Positions 12,982-23,970 of a DNA stretch of 64,000 nucleotides are shown here, piece after piece (position 1 is the first letter of the stretch; every line of letters starts with the position of its first letter). Below the pieces are notes generated by a model. It did not search any database. It was not told the origin of the DNA and saw only the letters and a list, made by a program, of their open reading frames with translations. The DNA is from Sphagnum compactum. Lineage: Eukaryota. A program made the translations under genes and the position numbers. The stretch lies in assembly GCA_965153455.1 (NCBI GenBank), contig OZ234493.1, forward strand, positions 31,858,213-31,922,212. The letters are read 5' to 3'.

Positions 12982-14228
12982 TAATAAATAATTCCCTGAC
13001 ATGATGATGCAACATTATTCCATGCTTCCACACACTTAAGTTTGCCAAAATGGCTTGTGTAGTTGAGCACATATTGTAAGGTAGTTTAAGAAAGTGTATA
13101 CATTTGCGCAAAATCCAATTGCCCTAAAAAACTGATGCTTGATTTGTAATTCAGTACAATTACTCAAAATTCAGTACAAATTTGAGTAATTTTGTACTGA
13201 AAATTCAATAATTATCCTATCATGTGTCCGAAAATTCCAAAACTAACTCAGTGCACCCACACTCATTAAGAGGTTTCCAATGGAATTCCCCTAGAATTAA
13301 AATTTTTGATTCTTATCAGATTTTGAGAATTTCCAGGAATGAAAATACTCAAAATTCGATATCTCCTGCATTTCAGGTCTAAACATTTCAAAAATTTCAC
13401 CTCCCTGCACCCCTACTCATTGAGGACTTTCCCACAGAACCATGAACACAGCCAGGGGCCTCATGGTTTGGGAGATCCCAACATTACAAGACAAAGCAAA
13501 CAAGCTACCTTCCTTTTTAGTAGGATTGGTAATAATTCCTCGAAATGGACATGCAACATGAACTTTTTGAGCTTCAACACACTCCTTAAGCCCTTTCCTT
13601 AGCTCCTTGCAACCAAGAGTTCAAATTTTAAAATTCTAGGGAAATTTGAAGTAACAAGAGTTCTAGGGTACATGAATGGCAGAATGCTTTGACAAGGAAA
13701 AACCCTGAGACCTCCTCATCTCACTAGTTTCAGACAAACAATTATACCAAAATCTATCTTCTAAATTTCTATTGCACTCCTAGAAGCAACAAAAAAAAAC
13801 ATAGTCATAATGTTGATCAAGACCAACAAACCAACAAACCAACAATCAAGAAACTCAGCTAATCCAAGAAAAAGAAAAGAGAAGAAGATGCCATTCAAGC
13901 TGCAACAAACTTGTGACGGTAAACTTCATTTCAATTTAGCTTGCTGTACAAGGAAACATCTTTGCAGTTCATTATCCTATCAACATGAAAATCCAGTATC
14001 TAAAAACCTCAATTAAAAACTTATCCTTTTGGCAACATAATTGCAGACTACATGTTGGACAAGGCGAGACACAGCTTACAAATCATCATCACCACCATGA
14101 TTCCTGAGAACAAATAAGACTTGAACAAGACCTTTTACCTTCAATTTACAAAACACATGCAAGTATACTGGCGGCATTTTAAGAGACCCCTAAATCTCCA
14201 CAATTGAACCGTGCATGAATCTAGTCAA

Positions 14229-14365
14229 TCTGATCTCAGAACTGAAGGCTGAAGGATCCCACCAGAACTAACTTTAGAAACCCCATACAAAACTCAGCAT
14301 ACCGAATCTAATCTGAGAATTGAAGGCTGAAGGATCCCACCAGAACCAACTTCAGAAACCTCATC
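14229..14365. repeat. Approximately 78-bp direct duplication downstream of RabC
   Basis: TCT.ATCT.AGAA.TGAAGGCTGAAGGATCCCACCAGAAC.AACTT.AGAAACC.CA occurs twice. Confidence 0.8.
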
Positions 14366-15095
14366 CAAAACACAATATTAGCATCCTCTCTCTCATTCTA
14401 CTGCCATCCATTTCACTTGCAACCAACAAAAATACGAACCTCATGTCTTTCAATGACATATTTCCAGAGAAACAAACACATTTTAGCTGCAGATGACATA
14501 TTTACAATGATGACCTCAACCAGTGCAACATGTTGTGGTAGAAAACCAATTCAACATATAGAAACAAACAACCACTTTCAAGATATAGCTAGCTACTCCA
14601 GATAGTAGCAGAAACATTCTGTTGAACAAAATTGGTAAAGTACTGGAGGAGCCACAGCGTGGCCACTGCACCTAGGTCTAGAAACCTGATGTGATTCTCT
14701 TCTTCCAATCGATCAACAACTATTCACACTCAACTACAGAAATTCACCAGAGGGACATGAGCAGACAAACTATCAAACTGCAAGATATGCAAGAAACTCC
14801 TACTTGACTTCAGCTTGACAGCACATGTGCAGACAAATCAAGGCAAGCATTAGAGTGAAGGGCTTTCAACCATCACCAGACAAACCTGATCCTCACTCAG
14901 CGAAACACTAGCTCCAACTCGAGAACAAGAGAACCACAACCCAAGCAAGTTTGGGGAATTGTTTTTAGAGAAATCAAAGAGTCATTGGTTGATTGATTTA
15001 CAAAAAGAGGAGAGAGTTTGCAAAAGGAGGAGCTTATCATCAAATGAACAATAGTCACATGGGTATCTAGGGGAGCTTGCAAAAGATAATGCCTA

Positions 15096-15749
15096 TCAAC
15101 AACCACAAGCAGAGGAGGCAGAGAGGTCAGGAGTTTGCTCAGGAGTTTGAGCTGGTCTCAGCAAATTCTTCTTCACCTGTGAGGAGGTATCTGCAGTCAA
15201 GCTGGGAGTATCTAAAATCTTCTGTACAAGTTCATCAAAGCAACGTTGGACATTGATGCTGGTCTTTGCACTGGCCTCAAGAAACAAGCATCCGTGTTGT
15301 CGAGCAAACGCAATCCCTTCTCTCTTTGTCACAACACGCTGGGATTCTTCCAGATCCACTTTGTTGCCGATCAGCATCTTGATACAATCTTGGTTGGTTG
15401 AGTACCGTTCCACTTCCTTGAGCCATATGTCCGACAAGTTCGTGAAAGTCTCCCGTTTTGTCACATCGTAGACTAAGATCACTCCTTGTGCTCCTCTATA
15501 GTACGAGCTAGTCAAAGTTCTGAACCTCTCTTGTCCGGCCGTGTCCCATATGGTGAGCTTCAGCCTCTTCCCTTGCAATGACATCATCTTCAGCTTGAAA
15601 TCGACGCCTATTGTGGGTGAAAGATCGTCAAAAGTGTCGGAAGTGAAGCGGAGAAGCAAACTGCTCTTGCCCACTCCCGAGTCACCAATCAAGAGGACCT
15701 TGAAGAGATGATCAAATTCCCCACTCGCAATATTATTTCTCATCCCCAT
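15096..15749 (-). CDS. RABC1: Ras-related small GTPase RabC (Rab18 family), single coding exon, 217 aa
   Basis: Complete ORF with GDSGVGKS (G1), SPTIGVDF (G2), [22 protein letters not shown] (G3), NKVD (G4), EASAK (G5) and a C-terminal CGC prenylation motif. [22 protein letters not shown] is RabC-type. The paralog number is tentative. Confidence 0.95.
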   Translation of the reverse strand: MGMRNNIASGEFDHLFKVLLIGDSGVGKSSLLLRFTSDTFDDLSPTIGVDFKLKMMSLQGKRLKLTIWDTAGQERFRTLTSSYYRGAQGVILVYDVTKRETFTNLSDIWLKEVERYSTNQDCIKMLIGNKVDLEESQRVVTKREGIAFARQHGCLFLEASAKTSINVQRCFDELVQKILDTPSLTADTSSQVKKNLLRPAQTPEQTPDLSASSACGC

Positions 15750-16199
15750 TGCTTAATCTCTCTCTCTCCACCCCTCTTCTTCGCTTATTCTTCCTTCCAC
15801 ACAACAAAAAAGCTTCGAAGTACGTACACTTCTGTTCTGTTCTCTTCAATTCTTCGATCGCCGCTACTCCGATGATTCCTCCAGACGACCAGCGAACTTG
15901 CAAGAAACTTGCAGAAACTCCAACCCTAATTGGTAGGAACACTCTTGCTTCGTGTGTATCTCTCTGCTTCTGAAACCCTAATTGTCGCCCACCGATGGCT
16001 GCAAGCTTTCCTCGAGCGGCGGCGAGCTTTGCGGTCGAGTCCGGCTCCCTTGTGTGCATGCATGCATGCATGAATGTGTGTATGGTATGTGCGCGGACAT
16101 AGACTCGGTTTCTTTTGTGCTACTCTTTTTTTGTTGTCGAATGCAGTTTTCCATTTATAGACAGACAGACAGACAAACAAACAAACAAACAACAACTGA

Positions 16200-17155
16200 A
16201 ATCAGAATTCCTGCGCGAGCTCTTGCATCGACCATATCGTCATTGCAAAAACAATTTTCTACCAAAACACTCGAGAGACTTCTTCTTCAGAGAATTCTTC
16301 TTCTTGTTCTTCTTCCTATAGATTTTCCACCAAAACTTCTTCTTCTTCCTACAGATTCTTGTATCAACAACCCTATTGCAATAGTTACAACAAATTCTAG
16401 TACCAAACACTTCAGAGACTTGCTTCCTACTACAGAGACTTCTTCTTCTTTGCTACAGATCGTGTATCAACCTGCGTGGTAGTGCAACAAGAACAGATTC
16501 TAATACCAAACCACTTCAGAGACTTCTTCTTCTTCTTCTTCCTACACATTCTTGTATCAACCTGCGTAGTGCAACAATTGTTATATACCAAAACAATTCA
16601 GAGACTTCTTCTTGCTACAAATTTCTTGTATCAGTTCCATATTGCAACAATTCTTCTTGTATCAAACACGTCAGAGACAATCCTCTTCCTACAGATGTTG
16701 CTGCATCAACCATGTTGCAACAATTATTATTATACCAAAACACTTCAGAGATTTCTTCTTGCTACCAATTTTTGCATCAACCATCTAAGTGCACCCATAA
16801 TTCTTATACCAAACACTTCAGAGACTTCAATCTGCCTACAGATCTCTTGCATCGACCGCGATATTGCAACAATTCTTATACCCAACAAACAAACACTTAA
16901 AAGCTCGTTCTTGCTACAAAATTCTTGCATCAACCATAGTGCAACAACTTATTATTGTACTCCACACTTCAGACACTTCTTTTCTTCCCTACAAATTCTT
17001 TGTATCAACCTGTATAGTGCAACACCTTGTCATACCAAGTTCAACTTCAAAGACTTTTCCTTCCTACAAATTCTTAAAGCAACCATAGTTGCAACAATTA
17101 ATTAGTTTACCCTTCAACACTTCAGAGACATCTTCTTCCTACAAAATTCTTGAAT
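16200..17155. repeat. Degenerate tandem array, unit about 75 bp, about 11-12 copies, upstream of RabC
   Basis: Recurring ACCAAACACTTCAGAGACTTCTTCTTCCTACA.ATTCTTG(T/C)ATCAACC....TGCAACAA. The anchor ACACTTCAGAGA appears near 16267, 16408, 16512, 16593, 16666, 16740, 16813, 16893, 16964, 17043 and 17118. Confidence 0.85.
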
Positions 17156-18089
17156 AGGCTTTGTAGAAGGGGTGTTACTTTAGGCCAAAAATGTTGACAA
17201 CCAATTTTAGGAGTAGAACTTGCTTGAACATGCACCAAATTAGGAGGGCTCATTTTGTTTTCTTTGAGGGGGATGATAAGAGAACTTGTGCACTTGGTAG
17301 TATGTGTGCATCATCATGAAAACAAGTTTTCAATCCAAGTAAAGTTGCTAAAATGGTAATGAAATACTTTGGTCTCTCATCTTTGAATGTTGGGAGTTGT
17401 TTCAATATAATTCTATGATAATGTGTGTATCTATCTTTGGGGTAAAAGCATTGTAAAATAGAGTCCCCAAAAAAAATGCAATAAAAAAATGGTCCAATTT
17501 TTGGCACAAGTAAAAATAAGTAGATTGAAAATCATTTAAAATAATCCATTATGAAAGCATGAACCTTTTTTTTTGAGATTATAGTAAGTTGATTACAAAA
17601 TTTGACAAACTATAATATTAAAAAAAATAGGTAGCAAGTATGTTTAAAATTGGATGATCAAATTGTGTTAAAACATACTTCTACATTAGAAATAGATAAA
17701 TTATTAAATTTTCTCCATCTCCAACATGATGTACTCATAAAATGTATATGTATCTTTTCAACTTTTATATGCTAATGTTTTGCTCACTTCTACAAATTTG
17801 GACAATTTTAAAAATAAAATAAAAATTACTTATATTTTTGAAAAACCTACTTAAATGCATATTGAACACATGGTTTTTAAACATCATTGTAGTAACATTA
17901 AAGATTATCTTCATATTAATCATTGAATAAAATAATATTCTTACTTTCAATACATTAAAACTAATTTATAGCTACATGTTTATTTTGGTGACAAAGAACC
18001 ATGATTGTTTACTTTGTCATTCTCACAACTTTTGAACATTGCATCATATTCAAGTTGCATTCATGATTCCATCATCTTTAAATTTGGTT

Positions 18090-18420
18090 AATACCCTAGG
18101 TTTGCCTAAATCAACCTAAGTTAGCTTAGGTGGCCTAAGTTAGCCTAGGCCAACCTTGGTCAGCTTAAGGTGGTGTACATGAACTAGGTTAAAACATGTG
18201 AATCTTTATAGTTTTGTGATTATAAAATGTATTACAAATAAAAAGTTATGATCTAATGGTTAAGGCCTTGAAACCCCAATGTGAAGATTGAAAGGTTTAA
18301 TTTCTTACGTTCGCAACCTCAATAATATTTAGGGTTGTTGCCTAGGTGGTTAGCCTAAACTAAACTTGTTTTTTTCTTAGGCAGGTAGGCACCTAGGTCA
18401 AGGTTACTTAAGCATAAAAA
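18090..18420. repeat. Cluster of short CCTAGG/AACCTA-type palindromic repeats (probable TE remnant)
   Basis: Dense CCTAGG, CCTAAG, TTAGG and AACCT motifs in both orientations. Confidence 0.5.
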
Positions 18421-19032
18421 TCCAAAAATCCAAGGCTTAAGCACTTTGGATTCAATGGAGTTAGTGTTCTCATTGGGAATTTACTTGAATTGAAATTGGC
18501 TTGAAATGAATCAAAAGGGATTGAATATCAATTTGGTTTCAATTCAAACCAAATTCAATTGAATGGAATTCTTTTCATAATTTGGTTTAATTGATTAATT
18601 CGACAAAATTATGAAAATTCAATTACAAAAAGGCACATGTTAATTTGACTTTTCATATCCATGTAAGTGGGTTGGTGAAAGGAGTGAGGTAGTTAAATGA
18701 TTATGGAATGCTTTCATAATTGTCATGACAACCATATATAATTGTCAAGTTGATGATCATATTGGACCCTATACTTTGAACCGATTCTAATTATCATTGT
18801 CATTGGAATTATAGAAAAAAAATTAGGTGGATTTAGAATAGTGAAGCAAATCTCAATCTAGACCAAGAATAAAAAGATGATTTGAACTCCATTCAAACAT
18901 ATACAATTGACCTTTGCTTACTTGCATATGGAATTTCAACTAATACTATAATGAACACTAGTTTGAACCCCGTGCCTAATGCACAGGTTTGTGTGCATTT
19001 GACGGTACATATTACAGAATTACAATTACAAA

Positions 19033-22000
19033 CTACAGTTCCAAAACCTCTTTATATACGACATTTCGCATGTATCTATCGGGACCCTGGCCATTGAAAA
19101 TCTTGATGTTTGCACTACTTGTGACCCGTGAAATAGCAACATACAACTGACCATGGGAATAGACCGGAGACGACAAATATACCCCAACGTTGTTGAATGT
19201 CTAACCTTGATTCTTGTTGATTGTGATCGCAAATGCCACTCGAACTGGAAATTGACGACGACGCAAAACAAATGGCCAATCAGTCCCAGAGGGGGACATG
19301 ATGATGCGAGGTATGAACACAAGTTTGCCGACATTGTTTCCTGTGATGATTTTCGCTTCAATGACACGCTGACCTAATCTTTTGACAATCAACCTCGTAC
19401 CATTGCACAATCCTATTGATTGATTGAGATTACGCAACAAAAGGATTGGCACACCCACTTTGAGTTCCAGCTTATGATTTGCGATACCGCTGAATTGCAA
19501 AGTGTTTAGAAATTTCACCGAATACAATGAATCCATTGAAACTCCTGCAACAACACTTGCACCTTCTTCTGTTGGAGTCAAAGAATTTGCGTTCAGGTAC
19601 GTGTGCGATTCTTCAGATAGCGATTCTAAAATTACATTGTTGACTTCATCAACGTTAGTATTTTTGGGGGCTAGAATGCTGCGTTGCATAAGATACATGG
19701 CATCTCTAGAGTGGCACCGGTGATCTAGATAGATGGTTCGGATTAATCCTCTTAAGCTGCAATCTTCTGCTGGCACCCTCATATGGGATGGAATCTTGAT
19801 CCAATCTGGATCGACACTTTCTTCTTCTGCAATGGCAGGAAGATTACCGTCTCCAACATTCAACACCCATTTGGCAAACTCTTGCTGCTCTTCAGAATTG
19901 GTTGCCATGACTCGCATGTTGATATGAAGATGAAAAATTGTAACATGCTGCCAAAGATGCGATCGAGGCAAGGAAGCACTGACAATGTCTTCTCGTCCCC
20001 CCTTGGGAACAACAGGCAAGATCTGTCGAAAATAACCACCAAGGACCACGGTTTTCCCACCAAAGATTTTATCGGTTGCTTGTGCGTCATCCAATTGCAT
20101 CAAATCACGCAGGGTGCGATCAACAGCTTCGAAAGTTCGGCGATGCATCATCGGTGCCTCATCCCAAATGATCATATCAGCTCTACGCACCAACTCGGCC
20201 ACTTTCATCTGTTGTGTGATGTTGCAAGTTGACTCATCGTGCAGATCAGTCGGAATCTTGAATCTTGAATGGGCGGTTCTGTCGCCCAGAAGCAACAAAG
20301 ATGCAACTGATCGTGTGATGTTTCCTGATGAGGCAACTGCAAGCACGATTTTGCCTTGCCCTCGTAGACGGGACAGAAGTGTTGTCCAAACAAATGTTTT
20401 GCCGGTTCCACCACTGCCATACACAAAGAATAGTTTGCCCTTTTTGTTTGTCACGACATTCAAAATAATTTCATATGCGTTGCACTGATCATCATTGAGC
20501 CTATCTTCCGCATTGTCTGCATCTGTGGTCAATGAATGCTGATCATAAGCCAACTCTTCTTCGACCAATCGGTTTCCTCCATGAACAGAAGGGATGTAAT
20601 TAGACTTGGGAAGCGTTGGAAAATCTTCCAGGCGGTGTCCATTGCGCATGAGAACCTGATCGATCTCATACAATGCACGATCCTTTAGCGCATCCTCAGA
20701 AAGGGTAACAATTGGATCAACACGCTCGCAACGTGTCATTGCTTCTATGTCATCGCTCAAAGACTCCCAATGTGCATCCCATAGCTGTCTGGGATTCGTG
20801 ACCTCACAAAACATCAACATGGAGGCAAACATGTCACGCAGCTGTCGTCCTAAGGCCCAAACATCGGCTTCTTCCAAGGTTTGATGCCATTCATTGTTGT
20901 CTACAAGCAAACCCATTGCAATGCATGCATGTTTGAATGTGTCGTGCTCTTTGCCATCCACTGTCCGCAAATGCTCGTAGGATGTGGCACCTTTGACGCA
21001 GTTCAGCAGCATTCGCAAATAATAACGTTCACCTGATGTCGAGTGTGCATAATACATGCGACCAATGGCAAAGCCTCTCTTGCGCATTGTCCATCGCTTC
21101 AACTTCCGATTCCACACCCATTGCTGAGGGAATTGATCGAACGTAAGGCTTCGTGCAACTTCCGATTCTTGGTTTGATTTGAACCATTCTGTGAGCATCG
21201 TTTTGGAAATGGCTGACCGTGTTGCCACTTCCTGCACATCATCGTCATCGTCAAACAACACCATTTGTTGATTGGGCAAATGGTATTGTAGGTGTTCAAC
21301 GGTAGGAAACCGTTCATGCATATCAAACTTGAAGATGCGCCACGCTGCTTCCGATGCAGATACATAGCGACAGTCGAGATATTTTTTAATTTCATCAGTT
21401 TCGACCACATTCCCTTCGGTGGCATTGTCGCTCTAGCGTGAGATTTCAACAGTTGCACGATCATGTCCTTTATATACGTACTTGAATAGATATTTGACTG
21501 CACGAATATTGTTGCAGACCTCAACGTTGATGTGCGCATCGTATTTGGTCGATAAATAGACATTGTGCGGTACCACCCAATGATTGTCCAATTCAATGCC
21601 ATGAACCAAAACTGTGTGCCCCGTATCTCTATGCCGATAAATAGGGTATCCGTTTACATCCGTCACCGTCTCGGATTTGAACTTGCGTGGATATTTTTTT
21701 TGCATTTGCCTTCTTCCATGCACGGGGCATTTGGAAACGCAGCTCCACATGGACCATGCATCATGCATCTGGCAACCGTCTCGTGGGCCAACTTGTTTGT
21801 TTTTGAATTCGGAAGTTCAACACTGATCATGCGGTCTACATCCTCGACTGTGTGTGGCTTGCAATCTTTGATAAAGAAGATGAGAATGTGTGCATGCGGC
21901 AGCGCGCGCTTTTGAAATTCAACGACATAGATTCCCGCAATTGTGTGTCCCAGAATATGCTTCTTGTGAATGTCATTGATCAACTCCTTTAGCTTGATTT

Positions 22001-22765
22001 TGAATATTCGGGTTACCAAATCCGGTCGATCCTGAGGTTGCTATCCGAGTAGCAACGCTCTCTTGATTTCAAGCCATTGGGGATTGCAAGTGAATGTAAC
22101 AAATGCATCCGGGCAGCCGGCCCATCTGCAAATTGCCATGGCATCTTGATAATTCTGAACCATGTGACGTGGACCTACTGTGAAAGAAGATGGCAGAATG
22201 ATCCTCTGTCCGATGGCAGCAGGCAACAGCGTTATTGTCACCTGTAGTGATGGCGTCTTAAAGGCCTTGATAAAAATCCGCGCGAAGTTTTTTTTTATTT
22301 AGGCGCAGATACTTCAAGCGACTTTGTTCGATAGCCGCATAAGCATCCACAATGTATTGATGCCGCAATCGGTCACCCCGAAGCAACGCAATGCCATCAG
22401 TGTCTCGATGTTGAAGTCGATAACCATAAAATTTCGCCATTGTCACATTGCAATGTTTTCTTTGAAGCTCAGATTCTTCCGCATGGTCTTCATCCAAATT
22501 TACATCAGCAACAACACCATTGAGCAGAATATTCGGATGCCATCCATCCTCACCGTAAGGAAATAACAACGGATAATGTAGAGCCATGTATCCCACATGT
22601 AGTTCGGAAATGCGCTGAAACGGGCTAGCTTGCTGAGCAATGACGACGTCACGTCTGTTTACAGCCTCAGAACCATTTCCTACCATCAATGAAGCGACTT
22701 CATCGGCCGTCGGCACATTCTATTGGCGGGCATCCTTTGTTCAAGAGGCAATGAGACGCAATTAG
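19033..22765 (-). pseudogene. Helitron Rep (HUH endonuclease) - Pif1 helicase pseudogene
   Basis: Rep motifs FVTFTCNPQW, VEFQKRALPHAHIL (HUH) and KYLFKYVYKGHDR (Y2). Helicase motifs GSGGTGKT, IIWDEAPM, LGGYFRQILPVV, QFPVRVAFAITINKNQG and HGQLYVAISRV. True stop at 19033-19035. In-frame stops at 19201, 21433, 22041, 22258 and two near 22720-22745. Frameshifts near 21695 (T run) and about 22230. Confidence 0.95.
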
Positions 22766-23243
22766 CCAAAGCACTACCATGTTGCGCAATGAGTCCACGC
22801 AAACGTTCTTGTATATCTTCGGGCATCTTGGGGCGGGGGGTTTCTCCTGCACTCTTCTGTGCTGGTGCTGTGTGTGTGGACATTGTTGAAGTCTAGCTAC
22901 ATCAACTGAAGAATTGTGCAGGCAGCGCTACTGGTGTCAAAATGTGAGCCAAAATCAATCCCCAGTGTGGCGGAGGAAATGAAAGTCCATGGCTTATTAG
23001 TTTGTACTTACTTATTTGCTTGAGGTGTTGTTGATTCCTGCAAAGATCACAATAGAGAAGAAGAGAAAGTGAGAGAGAAAAAAAGAGAGTATTTCAAAGC
23101 AGTATTGTGTGGACTTATCAAAATCCATCTTCTCTCATTTGAATGTGATTAACTTACTGTGTAGTATTGGACTTACTTATTAAATGACAAAGAGGGACTG
23201 GATAGGTGTTTTTGGGTGGGGGGGGGAATTAATTGGTGGTTGG

Positions 23244-23970
23244 TCATTCAAGAGTTGGTGTTGACAGTCGGTGGTTCCCTATGATTCGACCCCACTTCAA
23301 GCCCAGGAACAGTCGACCAATTTCAACACCCTTGAGCCTAACATCTGTAGTTAGCTCTTCCTCTTGCAATACTTTTGTCAACGTCATTGCACATGTCCCC
23401 ATGAAGTCCTGTGGTCAATCCTAATACAATTGTTTAGAGCTTGTTTGGGGAAAATGATCACTGGAAGGAGTGGGCAGGCATTTCAGGTTCACAGGTTTTC
23501 CTTGCCAGAATTTTGGCAAGCATGTAAGGTTTTGGAGACAGGTAGCTTGGTGCATCAACTGTGCCTTCACTTCCCACCTTCTGAGGTGAAATCCTATTGT
23601 TGCAAGTTCAGGAACACAATCTTTGGATTGGAATCATGAAATGCCATTTATGTTGTCAAGTACATCTCTCCATGTGGCTGGATTTATTCTCCATCAAGCC
23701 AAAGAAAAGCAGTTACCAAAAACTCTATATTCATCTACTGCTACTTCTTGATCATTATTAAATTGATGTGTCACATTGCAGTAAATGAACTGCAAACTAA
23801 GTTTCTTGTTGTGTTTACAACAGGTAATGAAATTTGTGGTGAAGGAAAGGAAGAACCTTGCCAAATGTGTCTTTGTCCCACACCTCCACTATAAGCATAT
23901 CTTGAACAACATTTGCCACAAAGAAGTGAAATGTTTGGTTCCACATAGGATTCAAATTCTTTGGAATTAC
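23244..23970 (-). pseudogene. Captured fragment of a plant synaptotagmin (SYT4/SYT5 type): last two exons of the C-terminal C2 domain with their intron
   Basis: Exon 23970-23857 (cag|...|gt) reads VIPKNLNPMWNQTFHFFVANVVQDMLIVEVWDKDTFGK. Exon 23408-23244 (cag|...TGA) reads DFMGTCAMTLTKVLQEEELTTDVRLKGVEIGRLFLGLKWGRIIGNHRLSTPTLE*. These join in phase 0 and parallel the recalled SYT5 C-terminus (LNPVWNQTFDFVV...DML.LEVWDHDTFGKD..G.C..TLT.V..EEE...L.LKW). Absent from the ORF track. Confidence 0.85.

Noticed and set aside
15982-17105. ORFs 15982-16482 (166 aa) and 16476-17105 (209 aa)
   Set aside because: They are translations of microsatellites and the 75-bp tandem array, with no protein-like motifs.
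19153-22566. Plus-strand ORFs within the Helitron, and similar antisense ORFs over RabC, CBP60 and the coiled-coil gene
   Set aside because: They are shadow frames of real coding sequence on the opposite strand.
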